Below, piece by piece: positions 49,370 to 62,475 of a DNA stretch of 64,000 nt. A program made the position numbers and the translations under genes. Within the stretch, counting starts at the first letter, position 1. Every line of letters starts with the position of its first letter. The stretch covers positions 1-64,000 of the forward strand of contig JAXLNO010003043.1 in NCBI GenBank assembly GCA_038087875.1. The letters run 5' to 3'. The notes beneath the pieces were generated by a model. That model was not told the DNA's origin. It was given only the letters and a program-made list of their open reading frames with translations, and searched no databases. The stretch is from Malacoraja senta. Taxonomy: Eukaryota.

Positions 49370-50715
49370 TTTCAAGTCGTCACATTTATTTATATAGCAC
49401 ATTTAAAAAACAACTCTCGTTGGCCAAAGTGCTTTACATTTGTTATAAGAATAGCACAAACAAAACAAACTACATACATATATACATGTAGCCCTCACTC
49501 AGAGGACGTCAGGAAAGGCTTGGGAGTATAGATACGTTTTTAGTCTTGACTTAAAAGAGTCGATGGAGGGGGCAGTTCTGATGGGAAAGGGGATGCTGTT
49601 CCACTGTCTAGGGGCTGCAACCGCAAATGCGCGGTCGCCCCTGAGCTTATGCCTAGACTGTGGGATATTCAGCAACCCCAAGTCGGCCGATCTGAGGGGC
49701 CTGGAGGTGGAGTGGTGGGTGAGAAGACTTTTTATGTAGGTGGGGGCAAGCCCATTGAGGGCTTTGTAGACATGGAGGAGGATCTTGAAGTTTATACGGA
49801 ACCGCACAGGGAGGCAGTGGAGAGAGGCCAGGATCGGGGNNNNNNNNNNNNNNNNNNNNNNNNNNNNNNNNNNNNNNNNNNNNNNNNNNNNNNNNNNNNN
49901 NNNNNNNNNNNNNNNNNNNNNNNNNNNNNNNNNNNNNNNNNNNNNNNNNNNNNNNNNNNNNNNNNNNNNNNNNNNNNNNNNNNNNNNNNNNNNNNNNNNN
50001 NNNNNNNNNNNNNNNNNNNNNNNNNNNNNNNNNNNNNNNGAGGAGATGAATGTGTGGATGATCTTTTCGAGGTCATCAAACTGGAGGAATTGTTTTATTT
50101 TAGCTATCGTCCGAAGCTGAAAGAAGCTAGTTTTTACCACGGCATTGACTTGTTTGTCAAATTTCAGTGCTGAGTCAAATATCATGCCAAGGTTTTTGAT
50201 GTGAGGTTTGAATAGTGGGGTAGGGCTTCCAAGGCTGCCTGCTATCATTTTGATTAAGTCCGAGGGGCAGAGAAGGATGACCTCAGACTTACTCTCGCTT
50301 AGTTGGAGGAAGTTCTGGGCCATCCAACACTTTATATCCTCGAGGCAGTGGGTAAGGTTAAACAGATTTGATTGTTTTTTGGGCTTCAGGGGGAGATAGT
50401 TGTGTATCATCTGCGTAGCAATGGAAGGAAATGCCGTGCCTTTCAATGACTTAACCTAAGGGGGGCATATACAGGGAGAAGAGAATGGGGCCAAGGATGG
50501 AACCTTGTGGAACCCCACAGCAGAGATTAGCTGGGGAGGAGAAAGAGTTTCCTATGTTAGTTGAGAAACTCCTACCTTTGAGGTAGGAGATGAACCAGTC
50601 AGGGCAGTGCCATCATTACCAACCCCATACCGGAGACGGTCAATTACGATGGTGTGGTCGACAGTATCAAATGCTGCGCTGAGGTCAAGAAGGAGCAGAA
50701 TTGCACAGTCGCCTG
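49370..50715 (-). mobile_element. L2-clade LINE 3' portion (RT C-terminus), contains a gap
   Basis: LLLLDLSAAFDTVDH; CLEDIKCWMAQNFLQL..KSEV; LHCLPVRFRINFKILL..YKALNGLAP; RAFAVAAPRQWNS. Confidence 0.88.
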
Positions 50716-51429
50716 AGTGAAACTAGTAGGACGACTAGGGTGGGTGAGGAAGGGGAGTGATGGATTGCAAAGGTTAGAGGAAATAAAGAAGATCAATATT
50801 CCTACCGCTGGAGTTCGGGATAGGGTTAGAGTTAGAGTTAGGGAGAGTGCAGGTGAGGATATCGATTGGACGATGGCTGGAGGAAGGATACGGACGATGG
50901 GACGTTTTATAGGTTTCTAATTAGATCATGACTGGAGACATCTCTAATGCCAAAATACAATGCTTGGGACTTTTGTAAGGGGGGGTAGTGCAAGGTTTAC
51001 TAAGCTGATTCATGCATGACAAAATGACGCAGAGACACAGATAAACAGAAAGAGGCCACTACATAAAAATTTCAAAGACTATTGTTAATATTCTGAGCTG
51101 GGTTGATGGGCTAGCTGGTGAGATTATTTTTTCTACAGTGGTGTTCAGGACTAAGGAGCGTGGATTCAGAATAAGGGCTAGCCAATGCAATCGGTGATTA
51201 GAGTAATTTGTGACAGGGAGTTGTGGCACTTTGGAATTCTCTATTCCCGAAAACAATGGATATGAATATATTGACAATATTTCAATTGGATGCTGGTGCA
51301 GTTTTAAAAAATCAAATAAGGCAAGGAGTATGTGGAATGAGAGGAAAGGTGATGAGGGTTCTTAGACGGCATCCGCTGTGATCTTATGGAAGAGCGAAGC
51401 GACCCCGAATGATGGGTCAGCATCGATTG

Positions 51430-51963
51430 ACAATAGACAATAGACATTAGGTGCAGGAGTAGGCCATTCGGCCCTTTGAGCCAGCACCGCCATTCACTGT
51501 GATTATGGCTGATCATCCCCAATCAGTACCCCGTTCATGCCTTCTCCCCAAATCCCCTGACTCTGCTATGTTTAAGAGCTCTATCTAACACTTTCGTGAA
51601 AGCATCCAGAGAACCAGCCTCCACCGCCCTCTGAGGCAGAGAATTCCACAGACTCACCATTTTCAGTGAGAAAAAGTGTTTCCTTGTCTCCGTTCTAAAT
51701 GGCTTACTCCTTACTCTTAAACTGTGGCCCCTGGTTCTGGACTCCCCCAACATCTGGAACATGTTTCCTGCCTCTAGTGTGTCCAAGCCCTTGACAATCT
51801 TATATGTTTCAATGAGATTCCCTCTCATCCTTCTAAACTCCAGAGTGTACAAGCCCAGCTGCTCCATTCTTTCAGCATATGACAGTCCCGCCATCCCGGG
51901 AATTAACCTTGTAAACCTACGCTGCACTCCCTCAATAGCAAGAATGTCCTTCCTCAAATTAGG
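51430..51963 (-). mobile_element. CR1 LINE 3' end
   Basis: ORF 51535-51957; (CTATTGT)n tail. Confidence 0.9.
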
Positions 51964-51964
51964 A

Positions 51965-52990
51965 AGCCGAGGAATAGGGGGACTCTGTCATTGTTACGAA
52001 TGGGGGGAGGGAGAGCAAGAACGGAGCTGCAGGATGTCGACAAGATGCTAGTGAGAGCCTCATCTATAATGGAAGAGGGGATCCCCCATTCCCTGAAGAA
52101 TGAGAACATCTCGGATGACCTGGTATGGAACACTTCATCGTGGGCGCAGATGCGGCGTAGGAGGAGGAATTGAGTGTAGGGGGAGAGTCTTTACAGGAAA
52201 CAGGCTGGGAAGAAGTCTAGATAGCAATGAGAGTCAGTGGGTTTGTCATAGATGTCAGTCGATAGCCTGTCTCCTGTGATGGTGACGGTCAGATCTGGAA
52301 ACGGCATGGAGATGTCAGAGATGGTCCAAGTGAATTTCAGTGCAGGATGGAAATTTGGTCGTGACGTTAATGGTCAGTGAGTTCTGCATTGGTGTGGGAG
52401 GTGGCACCGATGCAGTCGTTCATGTAGAGGAAGCAGAGTTTTTTTCAATTTAAATGACGAAGGTGACTTGAGAGCTGGGTGCTGGGGAGTACAATATATG
52501 CACAAGAATGAGAAAGAGAGCGTGTGCAGGGTGCTATGATTCGAAATTGGAGAAATCGGTGTTTATACTGTTCCATTGTAAGATATCCAAGCGGATCATC
52601 GGGTGCTGCTCTCCACTGTGTGTGAGGCCAAGGTTGACAATGGAAGATGCTCGGTGTGGGAATGGGAAGCAAAGCTTAACTGACTGTGAATCTTACGGAG
52701 AGAGCGTAAATGGTCATCAAAATGTTCGCCTAGTGTACGCTTGGTTTACCAATGTACACAAATGAGCACCGCGGGAAACAAATGCTGCACACGTGATCTG
52801 CAGAGGTGCATGTGAATCTCAGTCTGAACTGGGACGACTGCCTGCGTGGCTGGTGGAAGTGAAACAGGAGCTGTCGGGCCAGGCATTACATTCCATGCGT
52901 ATCTAGGGGAAATGCTTGGGATTGGAGCAGTTTCGGTGGGGAGAGATGAGCAGACCAAGCAACTGCGGACAATGTGGTTTCTACGGAAAG
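51965..52990 (-). mobile_element. Penelope-like RT and GIY-YIG fragments, decayed
   Basis: Same sequence family as 34190-34660 and 1400-2060. Confidence 0.65.
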
Positions 52991-53014
52991 CGGAAGGGGC
53001 GGAAACGGAAAGAT

Positions 53015-54005
53015 AGAGTCATAGAAACATAGAGTGATACAGTGTGGAAACAGGTCCTTCGGCCCAACTCGACCACACCGACGAACAATGTCCCAGCTAC
53101 ACTTGTCCCACTTGCCTGCGCTTGGTCCATAACCCTCCAAACCTGTGCTATCCATGTACCTGTCCAACTGTTTCTTAAACGATGGGATAGTCCCAGCCTC
53201 ATCTACCTCCTCTGGCAGCTTGTTCCATACACCCATCACCCTCTGTGTGAAAATGTTACCCATCGTATTCCTATTAAATCTTTTCCCCTTCACCCTGAAC
53301 CCATGTCCTCTGGTCCTCGATTCCTCTATTCTCATCATTTTGTACACCTCTATAAGATCACCCCTCATCCTCCTGCGCTCCATGAAATAGTGACCTGGCC
53401 TACTCAACCTCTCCCTATAGCTAACACTCTCTGTAGACGTAATGCCAGTCAAGCCGTCACTATGTTCTGCCAGATTCAAAAAAGTATTTGACATTGTTAA
53501 GGTGAATTATCATAATTTATTCACAATTAAACTCTGACATGTCATTTTTACCATGTTATGCTGTTTATCATATGCTGAGAGAATGGAGCAGCTGGGCTTG
53601 TAAACTCTGGAGTTTAGAAGATGAGAGGGGATCTTATTGAAACATATAAGATTATTCAGGGTTTGGGTTCGCTAAATGGAGGAAACATGTTCCCGATGTT
53701 GGGGGAGTCCGGAACCGGGGGCCACAGTTTAAGAATAAGGGGTAAGTCATTTAGAACGGAGATGAGGAAACACTTTTTCACACAGAGATTTGAGAGTCTG
53801 TGGAATTCTCGGCCTCAGAGAGGCCGGTTCTCTGGATACTTTCAAGAGCTAGATTGGGCTCTTATAGATAGCGGAGTCAGGGGATATGGGGAGAAGGCAG
53901 GAACGGGGTACTGATTGGGGGATGATCAGCCATGATCACATTGAATGGCGGTGCTGGCTCGAAGGGCCGCATGGCCTACTCCTGCACCTATTGTCTATTG
54001 TTATT
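53015..54005. mobile_element. Two opposed CR1-type 3' ends (minus 53015-53440; plus 53560-54005)
   Basis: MERRRMRGDLIEVYKMM and MRGDLIETYKIIQG motifs with microsatellite tails. Confidence 0.8.
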
Positions 54006-54679
54006 GCGCATGGGACATGCTCCAGGGAAATATTTGTAATGCGATTTCATGAACAACAGTGTTGTACACTGAAACATATTATAGTAACAGATCATGACTA
54101 GACACGAACATTAACGATTGGAGCAAGGTAGGCCATTAGACCCTTAAAACTGGTTCCGCCTTCAACCCGATCATTGCTGATCGTCATGTGTCCGATTCTT
54201 CCAAATATTATTAGATCCCTCCAACTCCAAGAACTGCATCTACCAAATTTGTGAATGGATGTAATGAGTCCATTCGGTCTTTTAATCATTTACACTTCTC
54301 ACTTTCAGTCCAGAGTGGCTTTGGATCCAAACGGTCAGAGAGCACAATTAAATTATGAATCCTAAAGACCCATTGGTTATCCAATTGCGTCGCCAGTTGA
54401 GGGTACGAGACACGTGTTGCTGGGCAGATCTTGGAGTTGTTAATTTGCAGTCAGCAGCTCTGTGCATCGGGTTGGAATCAGTACATTCATTTCTCTAAAT
54501 AATCCACAGGTGCTTCCGTTCAGTTACCTCCTGCTCTTTGCGAATGGTGGAGTGTTGGACTCCAGCCACATCATATGTGGGGGAAAGGTGAAATCAAATG
54601 GAATCAGAATAAATATGAAATGCCATTTATTTTAAAAAAATTCAGCTTTAACGCCGAGTTCTGAGGCTAATAAAAATTA

Positions 54680-57600
54680 AGTGAGACACAGATGCGGCAG
54701 GGAAAACGTAACATTTTGGACGATCATTCATGATCAAGTTGAAAGACCAATAAGCAATAATGCAATAGCAAGGAGAGACATTAGTTTGGATGTTATAAAA
54801 TCAGTATGGGTAGAACAGTGAAATAGCCAAGGGCAGAAAACGCTTGTTGGAGTGGTATACAGACCCCAAACAGCAGGATGGAGGTTGGGGATAGCATCAA
54901 GCAGGAAATTAGGGAATTAGCAAAGATACAGCGGTTATCATGGGTGACTTTAATTTACCGATAGATTGGGCCAACCAAATTGGTAACAGTGCTGAGGAGG
55001 ATTTCCAGGAATGTATACGGGATGGGATTTTAAACCAATGTGTAGAGGAACCGTCCAGAGGGCAGGCTGGGCATTGTGTAACGAGGAAGGATTAGTTAGC
55101 AATCTTGTTGTGCAAGGCCCCTTGGTCATCCGTGACAATAATATGGTGGAATTCCACATTAGAATGGAGAGTGACCAGGCTCCTGAATTTGAATAAAGAA
55201 GACTTTGAAGGTATGAGACGGGAACTGGCTAGGAAAGACGGACACATTTTACTTAAATGGTTGACAGTGGAGATGCAATGGCGAAGATTTAAAGACCGCT
55301 TAGATAAACTCCAGAAATTGTTAGAGTCACAGAGTCATAATGTACTACAGTGTGGAAACGGGCCCTTCGGCCCAACTTGCCCACATCGGCCAACAATGTC
55401 CCAGCTATACTAGTCCCACTTACCTACGCTTGGTCAATATCCCTCCAATCCATGTTATATCAATGTACCTGTCTAACTGTCTTTTAAACGATGGGATAGT
55501 CCCAGCCTCAACTACCTCCTCTGGCAGCTTGTTCCATACACCCACCACCCTACGTGTGAAAACGTTACCCCTCGGATTCCTGTTAAATCTTTTCCCCTTC
55601 ACCTTGAACCTATGTCCTCTGGTCCTCGATTCCCTCACTCTGGGCACAAGTCTCGGGGCATCTTCCTGATCTATTCCTCTCATGATTTTGTACACCTCTA
55701 TAAGATCTCCCCTCATCATCCTCCTGCGCTCCATGGCGAAAGAATAAAACTGGGAAGGCGGCATAACCGTGGCTGAGGAGGGAAGACAATGATAGTGTTA
55801 AAGCCAAAGTAGAGGCATATAAATTGGCCAGAAGAAGCGGCAAATCAGGGGACTGGGAGAAATGTGGAACTCTAACAGAGGAGGACAAAGGGGTTAATTA
55901 AGGGGGGGAAGAGCATGAAAGAAAGCTTGCGGGGAATATAAAAAATGACGGTAAAAGTTTATTTAGGTATGTAAAAAGAGAAAGATTAGCGAATGTAGGT
56001 CCCTTACAGTCAGAGACAGGTGAATTTATAATGGGAATCAAAGAAATCGCAGAACAGTTAATCCTCGGTCTCCCAGAAATACTAGGGGACCGAGGATCTA
56101 GTGGGAGGGAGGATCTGAAGGGAATCCACATTAGTCAGGAAATGGTGTTAGGTAAACTGTTGGGACTGAAGGCAGATAAATCCCCAGGGCCTCATGGTCT
56201 GCATCCTAGACTTCTCAAGAAGGTGATCCTAGGATGCATTAGTGAATATTTTTCACTGTTTTCTCGACTCTGGATCAGTTCCTGTGGACTGGAGGGTTGC
56301 CAATGTAACTCCACTTTTTAAGAAAGGAGGGAGAGAGAAAGCGTGGAATTATAGACCAGTTAGCCTTACATCGGTAGTGGGGAAGATGCTTGAGTCGAAT
56401 ATTAAAGATGTTATAGCAGCACATTTGGAAAGCAATGACGGGATCGGTCAAAGTCAGCATGGATTTAAGAAGGGGAAACCATGCTTTACTAATATTTTAG
56501 AATTTTTTGAGGATGTAACAAGTAGAATGGATAAGGGAGAGCCAGTGGATGTGGTGTATCCGGACTAGCAGAAAGCCTTTGACAAGGTCCCACAAAAGAG
56601 ATTAGTGTGCAAAATTAGAGCACATGGTATTGGGGCTAGAGTATTGACATGGATAGAGAACTGGTTGGTGGACAGGAAGCAAAGAGTAGCAATTAACAGG
56701 TCATTTTCAGAATGGCAGGCAGTGACTAGTGGGGTGCCACAAGGCTCGGTGCTGAGACCCCGATTGTTTACAATATATATCAACGATTTAGACGAGGGAA
56801 TTAAATGTAACCTCTCTAATGCCCCTGTCCCACTTAGGAAACCTGAACGGAAACCTCTGGAGACTTTGCGCCCGACCCAAGGCTTCCGTGTGGTTCTCGG
56901 AGGTTCCCTGAGGTTTTTGTCAGTCTCCCTAATGATCAAAAGTGGTTTCCGCTTCTTCTATGTTCCGGCGATTATTTAAAAAAATTAAAAACTGACCGCG
57001 ACTAAAATTAGGTTGCCGTTTTAATAATCGGTAATTTTTTAGTCAAAGCCGGTTGCGATGCTAGTTGAAGGTGGTTGCCGGAGGTTGCAGGTAGTGGAAG
57101 GTTTTACCTGTACCTGTTTCCACTACCTGCAACCTCCGGCAACCACCTGCAACCTCCAGCAAACACCTTCAACTAGCATCGCAACCGGCTTCGACTAAAA
57201 AATTACCGATTCTTAAAACGGCAACCTATTTTTAGTTGCGGCCGGTTTTTAATTTTTTTAAATAATCGCCGGAACATAGAAGAAGTGGAAACCACTTTCG
57301 ACCATTAGGGAGACTGACAAAAACCTCTGGGAACCTCCGGGAACCGCACAAAACCTTGGGTGGGGCGCAAAGTCTCCAGAGGTTTCTGTTCAGGTTTCCT
57401 AAGTGGGACAGGGGCATAAGTTTGCGGGTGATACAAAGCTAGGTGGCAGTGTGGACTGCGCGGAAGATGCTATGCGGCTGCTGGGCTTATAGCATCTTGT
57501 ATAGGTTGGGTGAGTGGGCAGAAGCATGGCAGATGCAGCATAATGTGGATAAATGTGAGGTTATCCACTTTGGTGGCAAGAACAGGAAGGTAGATTATTA

Positions 57601-58360
57601 TCGGAATGGTGTCAGATTAGGAAAAGGGGAGGTGCAACGAGACCTGGGTGTGCTTGTACATCAGTCACTGAAAGTAAGCATGCAGGACCGGCAGACAGTG
57701 AAGAAAACAAATGGCATGTTGACCTTCATTGTGAGAGGATTTGAGTTTAGGAGCAAGGAGGTCCTACTGCAGTTGTACAGAGCCCTGGTGAGACCGCACC
57801 TGGAGTATTGTGTGCAATTTGAGGAAGGACATTCATGCTATTGAGAGAGTGCAGCGCAGGTTCAGCATGTTAAATCCCGGGATGGCGGAACTGACATATG
57901 ATGAAAGAATGGGTCAACTGGACTTGTATTCGCTGTAATTTAGAAGGATGAGAGGGTATCATGTAGAAACATATAAAATTCTTAGAGCATTGGACAGGGA
58001 ATGTGCAGGCATAATGTCCCGATGTTGGGGGTGTCCAGAACTAGGGATCACAGTTTAAGATTTTAAGAGATAGGCCATTATCGGACTGAGATGAGGAAAA
58101 ACTTTTTCACCCAGAGAGATGTGAGTCTGTGGAATTCTCTGCCACAGAAGGCAGTGGAGGCCAATTCACTGGACGTTTTCAATAGAGAGTTAGATTTAGC
58201 TCTTAGGGCTAACAGACTCAATGGATATGGGGAGAAAGCAGGAACGGGGTACTGATTTTGGATGATCAGCCATGATCGTATTGAGTGGCGGTGCTGGCTC
58301 GAAGGGCCGAATGGCCTACTCCTGCACCTATTTTCTATCTTTCTATGTTTCTATGTTTGT
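54680..58360 (+). mobile_element. Long decayed CR1 LINE (endonuclease to 3' tail) with nested CR1-like insert (~55325-55740, minus) and MITE
   Basis: VGVVYRP..MGDFN; NYRPVSLTSVVGK; QGSVL; resumes after the TAA TSD; (CTATGTTT)n tail. Confidence 0.88.
56820..57416. mobile_element. PIF/Harbinger-type MITE, 597 bp, almost entirely palindromic
   Basis: TIR TGCCCCTGTCCCACTT / AAGTGGGACAGGGGCA; TAA duplicated at 56817-56819 and 57417-57419; removing it restores the CR1 sequence CTCTAAGTTTGCGG. Confidence 0.9.
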
Positions 58361-59432
58361 AACGCATAATCTGAGATCGAACGGCCCACTCATGTGATCT
58401 ATCTGTTACCTTTTGTCCTCCTATGTTATATCAAATCCATTTTAACTCGCTGCCATATCGATCAGATTCCCCGTGTCTTCTCCAAGACTACAGTAGTCCA
58501 TTAAATCGATGAGGGGGAAACTAAATTAACTTTATTAACGCCTCACACTTCCCTCTAATTGTTTGTGTTTATGTGGCTCTGCAGAGATAGTCCTTATCAT
58601 CATAAGAATGCACATTGAATAAATGATAAAATGACTAATAGCATAAGGAAGGAATGCATTTCAGATTCTGCTGAATCACAATATCCCCTCTTCTACATTT
58701 TCTGTGGCGAAATTATGAATGATGGGCAAGAGACCACCATGTAATTGAAAGGAAACACCTGTGTCGACCGTGCTGCTAAATTTTACTTCGGAGTCACGTG
58801 AGTGACTACGTGAAGAACCCCGCCAGTGCGCCTGCGCGTCATTACGTCAGACGCCTTGACGCAAACGGACGTGAGGAGCAGTGCTCCTCGAGTGGTTTGT
58901 AGTTTTTCAACTACAAGGTAAGTAAAAACTTTTTTACAGGTTTTCCAGGTCCGTTTACTGTGGGTCTATGGCAATTTTTTCCACAGACGCCATGGGAAAA
59001 AACGGACAGGGGGAAGAGGCGAGCGACACAGCCGACAGAAGTCGGGAAAGTCGGGAGTCCGCGGTTAGAGACCAACCGCCTCTAAACCCCGGTACAGTCG
59101 CCAGCGGTGAGCATAGCGACTGTGGACCTGGGGCTGGTGAAAACACAGTCAGCGCCTGTCGGGCAAAAGACAAAGTTTAAATCCCAACGGAGGGAGTCCC
59201 AGGCAATGAAGAAGCTCCAGGGCTAGATACTGCTTTAGAGCGTATTGCCCAAATAGAAAGCCTTTTTCACAGGCTGTTGGAGCAACGTTCACTCAGGGAG
59301 GAGTGTTCTGAAAGCCAAGCTGCTGGAAACAGCTCAAACAGCTCCTGGTACAGGGCTAGATACTGCTTTCGAGCGTATTGCCCAAATAGAAGCCTTTTTT
59401 ATAGGTTGTTGGAGCAAAAGTTCACTCAGGAA

Positions 59433-59807
59433 TGAGGTCAGGTAAGGGGGGATGATAGTTGAAGAGTTGGTATGTCCTATTTACGTGATGCTCAAAAAAA
59501 AAAAAACATTTGTTTCTCTTTTTTTTTCTTTCTCTTTTCTTTTCTTAGGGCCTATTTCTTAACTCTTTTTCTTTTTGTTTTTAATTTCGCTCTTATAGGG
59601 TCTTCGTCCTTTTTTGTTGTTACATTTTCTACACTTTTCTACATTTGCACTTTTTCCTTCACTTTCTTCTCTCTTTCAATCTTTTCTTTTTCTAGTGTAA
59701 AATAAATAAAGGGAGTACATTAATTGTAAGAAGATATAAATGACGAGTATTAATGTATGTGGTTGTAATGTAATGTACTTCTAATAAATAAAAAAATTTT
59801 AAAAAAA
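59433..59807 (+). mobile_element. L1 3' UTR fragment inserted in DIRS ORF1, TSD AGGAA
   Basis: T-rich body and TACTTCTAATAAA..A-rich end resemble 15230-15515; AGGAA at 59428-59432 and 59808-59812. Confidence 0.75.
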
Positions 59808-60559
59808 AGGAAGGAGTGTACTGTAATCCAAGCTGCAGGAGCAGCTTAAGAGCACCTGGCTCAGGGCTGATGGAATGCACCCTCAGGAATGAGGAGCGTG
59901 CTACGGGTCATGAGATTTCAGACCCCGACTCTGACGGTGAGGCTGTACAAAGCGATGAAAGGCAGCTGCCAGATGTTCCACCCCTGGTAGTAGGATTCGC
60001 TGCCCCATCAGGGTCAGGAGAGCCATTAGGAAGAACTGGCCTCCTTAATAAATTACTTGGTTTACCATTAGCTGGAACAGCATGAAATGGATGAGACTGC
60101 AAGAGTATCTGGAATCAGTTGCAGAGAATATTAAAGCTGCTGGGTTCTGGAATAACTGCTTTTACCAGAATAGCAGGTAACAACCAAAAGATGACGAAGT
60201 TGCATCAGCAAGCACTGGGGTTGCTATGCAGCACCCACTTCGAGAAGTGCTATACGGTCTACTATGAATCCGAAATTCGCAGCACTCTGCAAACCAAGTA
60301 ATATACAAATTACCCAACTTACTCTTTGGAGAGATCTCGGGAGACGTATTAAAGAGTTGGAAGATGAAGCGAAAACAGGATTGATGAAGACATCAATGGT
60401 TGTGAAGTCTGTAAAGAGGAAGTATCCTTTCAGACGTCATACGGATCCTGGACCAAGTCGCCCATCAACGCAGGGACGTAGTTGGCGGCCTGCAGCGGGA
60501 GCAAGAACCAGTGGGCGTGCTTCCGGGAGAACCCAGGAATCTCAGGGTACTCAAATGAC

Positions 60560-62070
60560 TCAAGAGGTAGGTGGACCTGGTTCTCATGGGAACATACTAA
60601 CTGGATTAAGTCCAAAAGTTGGAGGCAGGTTACATTTCTTCTATAATAATTGGAAGAAAATTACTTCAGATGTGGTAATCCTGAATAATATACAAGGATT
60701 TCGAATTGAATTCAATCCAAATTATGATTTGCCTGTTCAGCATGTTCCTAGCCGAACTCTGCACTTTGTACAAAAAGAAGTGATGGAGGTTCAGGTTGCA
60801 ATTGAAACCCTATATAAAAAAGGGGTTATTGAAAAATCGGTCTACCAAAGTCACCAATTTGTGTCAAATATATTCCCTCGATCAAAAAAGGATGGAGGAT
60901 GTAGGATTCTTGTAGATTTGATAAATCTGAATCCTTTTGTGCAATTTAGACATTTTAAAATGGAAACATTTGTGACTGCCAAACAGCTTATTTCAGAAGC
61001 ATGTTATATGGCAACTATAGACTTGAAAGATGCATATTATTCAGTGTCTGTTCATTCAGAAGATAGGAAGTATCTTAAATTTAAATGGATGAACCAGTTG
61101 TGGCAGTTCAAAGCTCTGCCTAATGGGTTAATATCTGCACCCAGAATATTCACAAAAATTGTTAAAACCAATTCTGGGCTTGCTGAGTAGCCAGGGGCAT
61201 GTACTAATGGCATATTTGGATGATGTCTTGATTATAGGAAAGACAAAACAGTCAACAGAAGTATCTGTTGCAGTTGTGAAATCAACTTTTGAAAATTTGG
61301 GGTTTCTAATTCATCCACAGAAATCTAGGTTAACACCATGTACCTCTATTAATTATTTGGGGTTCACAATTGATTCAGTCCAAATGAATATTACTTTGCC
61401 CAGGGAAAAGGGTGGATTTGATTAAAGATTGCAGTAATCTCCTAAACGAGCAAAAACCTTCAATTAGACAGGTGGCTCGTGTACTGGGAAAATTAGTAGC
61501 AGCATTCCCAGCAGTCCAATTCGGACCATTACATTATCAACAGCTGCAGAGACTTAAAGAACAGGCACCGAGAATGCATGTTGGTCATTTTGATAGAACC
61601 ATGCAACTAACAACAAATGCTGTTTCTGATCTGCAGTGGTGGATTCTACATGTCTCAAGCAGTTCCAGCAAAGTGCTGATTGAACAACCTTCCATGATAT
61701 TACAAACTGATGCCAGTGCACCAGGATGGGGTGCAACTGACTTAACATCTAGCTGAGGAGGCAGATGGAATCAGGAAGAGTCATTGTTACTGCAGACATG
61801 GGGAATTAACTATTTGGAGCTTCTAGGATGTTTCTATGGGCTCCAAGCTTATTGTTCTAACACAACTAATAAGCATGTTCAAGTTCAAATTGATAACACA
61901 ACAGTAGTTGTTTATATTAATGATATGGAATTAAGTCGGTGTCTTGTGACAAAATGGTTAATCAACTTTGGGCTTGGTGTATTGAAAGGAACATTTGGAT
62001 TTCAGCTATCTATCTACCAGGTAGAATGAACGATAGCAGACACCAGGTCACGAAAAGTTCCATGATAATA
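60560..62070 (+). pseudogene. DIRS RT/RNase H, frameshifted
   Basis: VGGRLHFF..W; FPRSKKDGGCRILVDL..LN; IDLKDAYYSV; LPNGL..APRIFTK; MAYLDD; LQTDAS..GWG; INYLELL; IDNTT. Confidence 0.9.
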
Positions 62071-62078
62071 AAGAATGG

Positions 62079-62459
62079 ATGTTGAATGAAGAGGTATTCA
62101 ATGATATAGTCATCAGATTTGGAATGACCGACATCGACTTGAATCATCAGCTATCGAGATATGTCTCATGGAAACCAGATCCAGGAGCAGTGGCGATTGA
62201 TGCTTTCTCGCTACATTGGGGTGGTATGTTTTCATATATATTTCCACCTTTCTGCCTCATAAGCCAATGTTTGCTTAAAATCAGGCAAGATGCTGCTTCA
62301 AGGGTATTGGTAGTACCAGATTGGCCTACACAGCCATGGTATCCGTTGATATTAGAATTAACAACACAAATGTTGATGAAAGTCCCAAAAAAGAGTAATT
62401 TATTGCTGCACCCTGTACAGGGGAACAACATCCATTATATGATCGTTTGGATTTGTTGA
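62079..62459 (+). CDS. DIRS DNA N6-adenine methyltransferase-like domain remnant
   Basis: AIDAFSLHW..YIFPPFCLI..LKIRQD..LVVPDWPTQPWYP, typical of the DIRS1 MT domain. Confidence 0.8.
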   Translation: MLNEEVFNDIVIRFGMTDIDLNHQLSRYVSWKPDPGAVAIDAFSLHWGGMFSYIFPPFCLISQCLLKIRQDAASRVLVVPDWPTQPWYPLILELTTQMLMKVPKKSNLLLHPVQGNNIHYMIVWIC

Positions 62460-62475
62460 TTTGCAGGTTTTAAGA

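Noticed and set aside
54300-54680. Non-repeat island with acceptor-like sites (TTTGCAG, CCACAG)
   Set aside because: No convincing open exon, donor pairing or recognisable protein motif.
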